Shown here in pieces: positions 14,145 to 20,440 of a stretch of 20,440 nucleotides of DNA (position 1 is the stretch's first letter; each line of letters begins with the position of its first letter). Under the pieces are notes generated by a model that saw only the letters and a list, made by a program, of their open reading frames with translations, made no database searches and was not told where the DNA came from. Made by a program: the position numbers and the translations under genes. Source of the stretch: an uncultured Mycoplasmatota bacterium (GTDB lineage Bacteria > Bacillota_I > Bacilli_A > RF39 > UBA660); NCBI GenBank assembly GCA_947365915.1, contig CANAXT010000025.1:1-20440 (forward strand), in the 5' to 3' direction.

Positions 14145-16028
14145 ATGTTTGAACAACAATTAACATTAATGTCTGAAGGACAAATATGGGGAAATGATCA
14201 AGAAGCCCAGTTAGAAGTGATAAAAAAGTATGGATCAAAAGCGGCCATAACAGATCTAGCAATATTAACAGGTGCTTATGTGTGTGAAGATACTACCCGA
14301 AATATCAAAGAGGATAATAGTTTATCTGGAAGAGTTGGTTGGCAATGGACTCGATCAGATGATAGATATGGAGATGTCCTCGATGTCTCATGTACTGGAG
14401 ATAAGAACATCAAATTTATCTGCTATCGCGCTGGTGTTATTCGTCCAGTTTTACAATCTTCTAACATTTTTTCATTAATTGTACCAAACAGAGTGAGAGG
14501 ATATAACGAGACAGAAGAAGTAGAATATGGAGAATATCCTCAGAATGCAGTAGAAAAAAATATGCAACAGCAATTAGGATCGGAATATATATCTGGAAAT
14601 CTTTGCAAAACAGGAAGAAATTATACATTTGATTCTAGAAAGTATGATGATTATAGTAATGGTTTTTTAGGAATTACCTATGATGAATATGAATATGCAG
14701 GAAAAAAGTATATTCGAGTTCAAGCCAATTCTTGCTATGGTGGAAATGAATTTCAATTATCCAATGAAGAAAAATATAAAAATGGAGATTATGTTTGGAT
14801 TGAAGTCCAACCAGTTAAATGGTTAATTGATGATAGAACAGGATTACTAATTTCTAAAAAAGGACTGCTATCAGGAATTCGATTTCTTGAGCGGGAGTCT
14901 AAATATAACGGAGATTTTGATACAACTGAAATGAAAATGTATCTCGATGAACATATGTCAAAAGATTTATTTCAAACAGCATCTTTGAATTTGTCACAAA
15001 AACCAAAACCTCAAAAAATAAAAAATCCTTATGGATTTGATTTTGGACAAGTGAGTGAAGAAGAAATTATTAAAGGTGCAATAGAAAGTAATGTACCAGT
15101 ATTCTTACACGGACCCTCATCAGAGGGAAAAAGTGCTAGAGTCAAGCAAATTGATCCAACATGTGAGATTGTGTATTTGAGAAATGCGACACCAGAAAGT
15201 TTAAATGGAAAAAGTGTCTATAACGCAGAAACAGGAGAAATGATTGACATAGAACCAACATGGTTAAAAAAACTAAGAACCAAATGCGAAACAGAGCCAG
15301 ATCGCTTACATATCTTATTTTTTGATGAGATCACAAATGCTTTACCAAGCATTCAAGGAAGTGCTTTTAATATCGTACTAGATAAAGAAGTAAATGGGAC
15401 TTGGAAATTACCAGAAAACGCAAGAATTGTAGCTGCAGGAAATGAAATGAAGGATTCTCTAGCAGCGAACAAGTTAGCAGAACCACTATTTAATAGGTTC
15501 GCCCATGTTTATATTAAAACAACAACCGAATCATGGTTAAAATGGGCAAGTGAAAATAACATTCACCCAGCAATATACTGCTATATCGCCTATAAAAACG
15601 GAACTACATTAAGAAGCAAATATGATGGAGAAAAGCCAAATGCGGATCCAAGAAAATGGGAAATGGCATCAAAAATGTTATATGCTACAAAAAATCCAGA
15701 GATGTTACGAGCATTAGTCGGAGAAGAAATCACAAAAGAATTTGTAGCATTTTGTAAACAACAAGTAATTACATTAGAAGATGTAATTAATAGAAATTAT
15801 ACAAAAGAAAGTTTAGAACAATTAAATGTAGCTGAAAAAAGTGCAACCATTATAGGATTATCAGCTGTAGGAATAGAACACCTAGAAGAAGTAAGAGACT
15901 TCGCTTACTTCTTAGGAAAAGAATTTGGGGCTACATTTGATACATTATGGACTCACAGAGAAGAAGAACGATTAGAAATAATTGCAGAACTGAAAGCAAA
16001 ACAAAAAGAATATAGAATTGCTATATAA
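14145..16028 (+). CDS. Ligand-binding domain / MoxR-type AAA+ ATPase fusion (copy 3)
   Basis: The protein is identical to copy 2 over all 627 aa. The flanking intergenic sequence is also identical. Confidence 0.9.
   Translation: MFEQQLTLMSEGQIWGNDQEAQLEVIKKYGSKAAITDLAILTGAYVCEDTTRNIKEDNSLSGRVGWQWTRSDDRYGDVLDVSCTGDKNIKFICYRAGVIRPVLQSSNIFSLIVPNRVRGYNETEEVEYGEYPQNAVEKNMQQQLGSEYISGNLCKTGRNYTFDSRKYDDYSNGFLGITYDEYEYAGKKYIRVQANSCYGGNEFQLSNEEKYKNGDYVWIEVQPVKWLIDDRTGLLISKKGLLSGIRFLERESKYNGDFDTTEMKMYLDEHMSKDLFQTASLNLSQKPKPQKIKNPYGFDFGQVSEEEIIKGAIESNVPVFLHGPSSEGKSARVKQIDPTCEIVYLRNATPESLNGKSVYNAETGEMIDIEPTWLKKLRTKCETEPDRLHILFFDEITNALPSIQGSAFNIVLDKEVNGTWKLPENARIVAAGNEMKDSLAANKLAEPLFNRFAHVYIKTTTESWLKWASENNIHPAIYCYIAYKNGTTLRSKYDGEKPNADPRKWEMASKMLYATKNPEMLRALVGEEITKEFVAFCKQQVITLEDVINRNYTKESLEQLNVAEKSATIIGLSAVGIEHLEEVRDFAYFLGKEFGATFDTLWTHREEERLEIIAELKAKQKEYRIAI
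14385..14454 (+). repeat. Candidate VR 3
   Basis: Same 70-nt sequence as 8782-8851. Confidence 0.5.
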
Positions 16029-16066
16029 AAAGTATAGTGATTTTTTTAAAAACCTAGTAAAATGAA

Positions 16067-16094
16067 TTGACTTTTAAACAATTTATGATATAGT
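16067..16094 (+). promoter_or_regulatory. Putative sigma-A promoter of ATPase copy 4
   Basis: TTGACT-N13-TGATATAGT, identical to the copy 3 promoter. Confidence 0.6.
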
Positions 16095-16111
16095 AATAGC
16101 CGGTGATGATA

Positions 16112-17992
16112 ATGTTTGAACAACAATTAACATTAATGTCTGAAGGACAAATATGGGGAAATGATCAAGAAGCCCAGTTAGAAGTGATAAAAAAGTATGG
16201 ATCAAAAGCGGCCATAACAGATCTAGCAATATTAACAGGTGCTTATGTGTGTGAAGATACTACCCGAAATATCAAAGAGGATAATAGTTTATCTGGAAGA
16301 GTTGGTTGGCAATGGACTCGATCAGATGATAGATATGGAGATGTCCTCGATGTCTCATGTACTGGAGATAAGAACATCAAATTTATCTGCTATCGCGCTG
16401 GTGTTATTCGTCCAGTTTTACAATCTTCTAACATTTTTTCATTAATTGTACCAAACAGAGTGAGAGGATATAACGAGACAGAAGAAGTAGAATATGGAGA
16501 ATATCCTCAGAATGCAGTAGAAAAAAATATGCAACAGCAATTAGGATCGGAATATATATCTGGAAATCTTTGCAAAACAGGAAGAAATTATACATTTGAT
16601 TCTAGAAAGTATGATGATTATAGTAATGGTTTTTTAGGAATTACCTATGATGAATATGAATATGCAGGAAAAAAGTATATTCGAGTTCAAGCCAATTCTT
16701 GCTATGGTGGAAATGAATTTCAATTATCCAATGAAGAAAAATATAAAAATGGAGATTATGTTTGGATTGAAGTCCAACCAGTTAAATGGTTAATTGATGA
16801 TAGAACAGGATTACTAATTTCTAAAAAAGGACTGCTATCAGGAATTCGATTTCTTGAGCGGGAGTCTAAATATAACGGAGATTTTGATACAACTGAAATG
16901 AAAATGTATCTCGATGAACATATGTCAAAAGATTTATTTCAAACAGCATCTTTGAATTTGTCACAAAAACCAAAACCTCAAAAAATAAAAAATCCTTATG
17001 GATTTGATTTTGGACAAGTGAGTGAAGAAGAAATTATTAAAGGTGCAATAGAAAGTAATGTACCAGTATTCTTACACGGACCCTCATCAGAGGGAAAAAG
17101 TGCTAGAGTCAAGCAAATTGATCCAACATGTGAGATTGTGTATTTGAGAAATGCGACACCAGAAAGTTTAAATGGAAAAAGTGTCTATAACGCAGAAACA
17201 GGAGAAATGATTGACATAGAACCAACATGGTTAAAAAAACTAAGAACCAAATGCGAAACAGAGCCAGATCGCTTACATATCTTATTTTTTGATGAGATCA
17301 CAAATGCTTTACCAAGCATTCAAGGAAGTGCTTTTAATATCGTACTAGATAAAGAAGTAAATGGGACTTGGAAATTACCAGAAAACGCAAGAATTGTAGC
17401 TGCAGGAAATGAAATGAAGGATTCTCTAGCAGCGAACAAGTTAGCAGAACCACTATTTAATAGGTTCGCCCATGTTTATATTAAAACAACAACCGAATCA
17501 TGGTTAAAATGGGCAAGTGAAAATAACATTCACCCAGCAATATACTGCTATATCGCCTATAAAAACGGAACTACATTAAGAAGCAAATATGATGGAGAAA
17601 AGCCAAATGCGGATCCAAGAAAATGGGAAATGGCATCAAAAATGTTATATGCTACAAAAAATCCAGAGATGTTACGAGCATTAGTCGGAGAAGAAATCAC
17701 AAAAGAATTTGTAGCATTTTGTAAACAACAAGTAATTACATTAGAAGATGTAATTAATAGAAATTATACAAAAGAAAGTTTAGAACAATTAAATGTAGCT
17801 GAAAAAAGTGCAACCATTATAGGATTATCAGCTGTAGGAATAGAACACCTAGAAGAAGTAAGAGACTTTGCTTACTTCTTAGGAAAAGAATTTGGAGCCA
17901 CATTTGATACATTATGGACTCACGGAGAAGAAGAACGATTAGAAATAATTGCAGAATTGAAGGCAAAACAAAAAGTGAAAATAAAAAATTAG
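16112..17992 (+). CDS. Ligand-binding domain / MoxR-type AAA+ ATPase fusion (copy 4)
   Basis: The 626-aa product is identical to the other copies except for the last ~30 residues (TLWTHGEEERLEIIAELKAKQKVKIKN). Confidence 0.9.
   Translation: MFEQQLTLMSEGQIWGNDQEAQLEVIKKYGSKAAITDLAILTGAYVCEDTTRNIKEDNSLSGRVGWQWTRSDDRYGDVLDVSCTGDKNIKFICYRAGVIRPVLQSSNIFSLIVPNRVRGYNETEEVEYGEYPQNAVEKNMQQQLGSEYISGNLCKTGRNYTFDSRKYDDYSNGFLGITYDEYEYAGKKYIRVQANSCYGGNEFQLSNEEKYKNGDYVWIEVQPVKWLIDDRTGLLISKKGLLSGIRFLERESKYNGDFDTTEMKMYLDEHMSKDLFQTASLNLSQKPKPQKIKNPYGFDFGQVSEEEIIKGAIESNVPVFLHGPSSEGKSARVKQIDPTCEIVYLRNATPESLNGKSVYNAETGEMIDIEPTWLKKLRTKCETEPDRLHILFFDEITNALPSIQGSAFNIVLDKEVNGTWKLPENARIVAAGNEMKDSLAANKLAEPLFNRFAHVYIKTTTESWLKWASENNIHPAIYCYIAYKNGTTLRSKYDGEKPNADPRKWEMASKMLYATKNPEMLRALVGEEITKEFVAFCKQQVITLEDVINRNYTKESLEQLNVAEKSATIIGLSAVGIEHLEEVRDFAYFLGKEFGATFDTLWTHGEEERLEIIAELKAKQKVKIKN
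16352..16421 (+). repeat. Candidate VR 4
   Basis: Same 70-nt sequence as 8782-8851. Confidence 0.5.
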
Positions 17993-17996
17993 AACT

Positions 17997-18022
17997 AAAA
18001 CATACTGTTTTGGTCTTTTTTT
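17997..18022 (+). terminator. Weak candidate terminator after the array
   Basis: AAAACA-tac-TGTTTT is a 6-bp A/U-rich stem, followed by GGTC and a run of 7 T. It is weak energetically. Confidence 0.3.
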
Positions 18023-18044
18023 GACATAAAATACACGATTTTTC

Positions 18045-18072
18045 TTGCAAAAATCAAAAAATCTGCTATACT
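18045..18072 (+). promoter_or_regulatory. Putative sigma-A promoter of the sigma-factor pair (TTGCAA-N13-TGcTATACT)
   Basis: The -35 TTGCAA is at 18045-18050 and the extended -10 TGCTATACT at 18064-18072. Confidence 0.55.
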
Positions 18073-18124
18073 ATTGTAACCAACAAAATTTATATTTTCA
18101 TAAAAGAAAAAGCGGGGAAATACT

Positions 18125-19066
18125 ATGGAAAAAAATGAAATGGATAGTTTATCTATTTACTTAAGAGATATAAAGGCATGCGGACCACTATTAACCAAAG
18201 GGCAAGAACAAGAACTTACAATAAAAGCAAGTCTTGGTGATGCAAATGCCAAACAAATTTTATTAGAACATAATTTACCACTCGTTGTTAGTAGAGCAAA
18301 AAGATATGCTGTTCATGGGATACCAATAGAAGATCTCATTCAAGAGGGGAATATAGGATTATTAAAAGCAATAGAAAGCTTTAACCCAGAAGTAGGAACA
18401 AGGCTTTCAACTTATGCAGTACCCAAAATAGATCGGCAAATACAAATGGCGTATGAAACATCTTCTAGAATTATCAAAGTTTCTGCTGAAACATATAAAA
18501 TGATTCAAAAACTAAAAACAATGGAAACCATGTTATCAGGAAGATTATATCGAAATCCTAACTTACAAGAACTAGCATATTCATTAAAAATAACAGAAGA
18601 AGAATGTGACTTCTTGATGCAAATAAAACAAGACGCTATGAGCTTACATGCACCAAAATCACAAAACGAAAAAGAAGAAGAATACCTAATTGAACCAAGT
18701 ACTGGATATTTAGAAGAAGGCCTACTAGAGCAATTCATGAAAGATGAAATAATAAACTTACTTTCAATATTAAAAGAAAGAGAACAAGAAATCGCAGTTA
18801 TGCTGTTTGGGCTAGGAGAAACTAGACCAAGAGACGGCGCTGAAATTGGAAGACAATACAATATAACAAGAAGAAGAGTGCATCAAATAAAAGCAACAAT
18901 TATCAAAAAATTGAGACAAGCACCAGGAATAGACGCAATGAGTGTATACATGGATAATCCAGAAGAAGCAATGAAAAATCTAGAATACTATAGAGAATAC
19001 TATAGAACTTCAACGAAAAGATATACAATACCAATGGAACGACCAAAAGAATATATCAAAAAATAA
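18125..19066 (+). CDS. Sigma-70 family RNA polymerase sigma factor (group 3-like) with a C-terminal extension
   Basis: Region 1.2/2 reads YLRDIKACGPLLTKGQEQEL...LPLVVSRAKRY...IEDLIQEGNIGLLKAIESFNPEVGTRLSTYAVPKI. Region 4 reads REQEIAVMLFGL...GAEIGRQYNITRRRVHQIKATIIKKLR. About 45 further residues follow region 4. Confidence 0.85.
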   Translation: MEKNEMDSLSIYLRDIKACGPLLTKGQEQELTIKASLGDANAKQILLEHNLPLVVSRAKRYAVHGIPIEDLIQEGNIGLLKAIESFNPEVGTRLSTYAVPKIDRQIQMAYETSSRIIKVSAETYKMIQKLKTMETMLSGRLYRNPNLQELAYSLKITEEECDFLMQIKQDAMSLHAPKSQNEKEEEYLIEPSTGYLEEGLLEQFMKDEIINLLSILKEREQEIAVMLFGLGETRPRDGAEIGRQYNITRRRVHQIKATIIKKLRQAPGIDAMSVYMDNPEEAMKNLEYYREYYRTSTKRYTIPMERPKEYIKK

Positions 19067-19081
19067 AAAGGGGAAGAACTT

Positions 19082-20440
19082 ATGAATGAAAAACAGGATA
19101 CTATATTTGATCAATTATACGAACAACATTTTTTCTTAACTTCTTCTAAAGAAGTCTTTTTTGAAACTTTAGAACAAGAAATTAAAACAAACATTCGTAT
19201 ATATCAAGGAAGCAATGGACAATATAAAAAGCGATTAGATAGATCTATTCCTAGAATATATCAAAAACAAAGAAAACAGCAAGAAAGAACCATTGAAGCA
19301 ATGAAAATATGTGTAGAAAACTTTGACACATTTGAAGAATTTATTCAATTTTATAATCAAGGAAAATATCCAGTGAATGTGACAATTTGTGCTGAAATAA
19401 TAGAATCTAGTGAATGGCTACGAACAACATTAGAAACTATTATAGATCAAAACCAAGAAAAAATAGAATGTGGTGACTTTGAAGCAATTAGCTATTCAGA
19501 AGTATACATTACATTTCTAATTGCTTACTGTGAACTATATGAAATTGAATATACAAGTCCAAAAGAAGAAAAAAACAGGACAAGCTTAGAAGCATATTTA
19601 TCTGATATGGATCACTTAAGCTTAACGGAAGAAGATGATGAATTACTTTTAAAAAAAGCCCAAAACGGAAACCAAAAAGCAAAAAATGAATTTCTAGAAA
19701 AACACTTGAAACTTCCACTTTTTCTAGCCAGAGAATATCAATATGGAATTACTCCCTTAGAAGACCGAATTCAAGAAGCAAACATAGGACTAATAAATGC
19801 AAGCGAATATTATGACCCAAAAAAAGAAACAACCTTTTCCTATTATGCATCATTCTGCATCAAAAGAAGTATAAAAAGATATCTAAGAAAAAATGAATAC
19901 TTGGGACAACTCTCAGAAACACAATATTTAATGTATTTAAAATATAGGAGATTAAAAGAAAAATGGGAAGACAGAGAACCTGTATCATTAGAAGTGATTG
20001 CCAAAGAACTGAATTTATCATTAGACGAAATAAAACTCTTTCAATATTTTGAACAAAATTCAGTCTATTTAGAAGAAACCGACGTAGATGATACACAAAT
20101 AGATAACTGTATCAAACAAATGGACTTTGAAAGCAACTTATACCCATTATTTGAACGAGCTCATTTATCACAAATACAGATTCAAACATTAGAACAATAC
20201 TTTGGATTGAAAAATGGACAACCAATCCCTTCACAATCAAAAATAGCAAGAATATGGGGAGTAAAACCACAAGCAATTCAAGAAAGACTGGAAAGATCAA
20301 TGTCACTTCTTAGAAACACAAGACACATAAAAGATTGGGCTGATTATATGGAAGATCCAAAAGAAGCCTTACATAATCTAGAAAAATTCCAAAAAAAATA
20401 TGTAAAAAAAATAGATAGGGGGGAATCAATATGGAAGTAA
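19082..20440 (+). CDS. Sigma-70 family sigma factor paralog with a ~190-aa N-terminal extension and the same C-terminal tail
   Basis: Region 2 reads LKLPLFLAREYQYGITPLEDRIQEANIGLINASEYYDPKKETTFSYYASFCIKRSI. Region 4 reads LSQIQIQTLEQYFGL...QSKIARIWGVKPQAIQERLERSMSLLR. The stop codon TAA occupies the last three bases of the window. Confidence 0.8.
   Translation: MNEKQDTIFDQLYEQHFFLTSSKEVFFETLEQEIKTNIRIYQGSNGQYKKRLDRSIPRIYQKQRKQQERTIEAMKICVENFDTFEEFIQFYNQGKYPVNVTICAEIIESSEWLRTTLETIIDQNQEKIECGDFEAISYSEVYITFLIAYCELYEIEYTSPKEEKNRTSLEAYLSDMDHLSLTEEDDELLLKKAQNGNQKAKNEFLEKHLKLPLFLAREYQYGITPLEDRIQEANIGLINASEYYDPKKETTFSYYASFCIKRSIKRYLRKNEYLGQLSETQYLMYLKYRRLKEKWEDREPVSLEVIAKELNLSLDEIKLFQYFEQNSVYLEETDVDDTQIDNCIKQMDFESNLYPLFERAHLSQIQIQTLEQYFGLKNGQPIPSQSKIARIWGVKPQAIQERLERSMSLLRNTRHIKDWADYMEDPKEALHNLEKFQKKYVKKIDRGESIWK

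Larger units (their letters stand above)
12126..17992 (+). repeat. Direct tandem array of three promoter-plus-ATPase units (period 1967 bp), paralogous to 8508-10425
   Basis: Start codons lie at 12178, 14145 and 16112, exactly 1967 bp apart. Units 2 and 3, including their intergenic sequence, are identical on visual comparison. Unit 4 diverges only in its last ~125 nt. Confidence 0.9.

Noticed and set aside
12126-17992. CRISPR array or IS-element repeats as an explanation for the repeated sequence
   Set aside because: The repeat unit is 1967 bp and consists of a complete protein-coding gene plus its promoter. There are no short repeat-spacer patterns, terminal inverted repeats or transposase.

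Overview
This is a low-GC (about 30% G+C by eye), Firmicutes-like chromosomal segment, and every gene I can support is on the + strand.

- **Left third (1-4350):** A 3'-truncated contractile-tail VgrG/gpD-like gene abuts a 5'-truncated DUF3048 gene at a sharp codon-usage breakpoint near 660-690. These are followed by a small HD hydrolase, tRNA-Arg(CCT), a small membrane protein, an AraC-family regulator, a VOC/glyoxalase-fold protein and a lipoprotein.
- **Centre (4450-8457):** A SAMHD1/dGTPase-like HD protein sits just upstream of what reads as a complete diversity-generating retroelement (DGR) cassette. The cassette has an Avd-like four-helix-bundle gene, a structured non-coding region of about 360 nt holding an adenine-rich candidate template repeat (TR), and a DGR-class reverse transcriptase (LGNQSSQ and YMDD motifs).
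- **Downstream (8542-17992):** There are four almost identical copies of a 627-aa protein with an N-terminal putative ligand-binding domain fused to a MoxR/AAA_5-type ATPase.
  - Copy 1 is translationally coupled to a Walker-A-less AAA-like fragment and a DUF2201-type HExxH metallopeptidase/VWA protein.
  - Copies 2-4 form a 1967-bp tandem array, and each unit has its own promoter.
- **TR-target link:** A 70-nt stretch of the TR aligns with codons 81-103 of every ATPase copy at 54/70 identity. 11 of the 16 mismatches fall on TR adenines, and 4 of 5 TR AAY codons are changed.
  - This suggests a DGR whose target is the N-terminal sensor domain of an AAA+/VWA module.
  - The pairing is imperfect: there are non-A mismatches and an in-frame TAA in the TR, and all four variable-region copies are identical.
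- **Right end (18125-20440):** Two paralogous sigma-70-family factors share an unusual C-terminal tail.

No transposase, integrase, CRISPR array or rRNA was seen.
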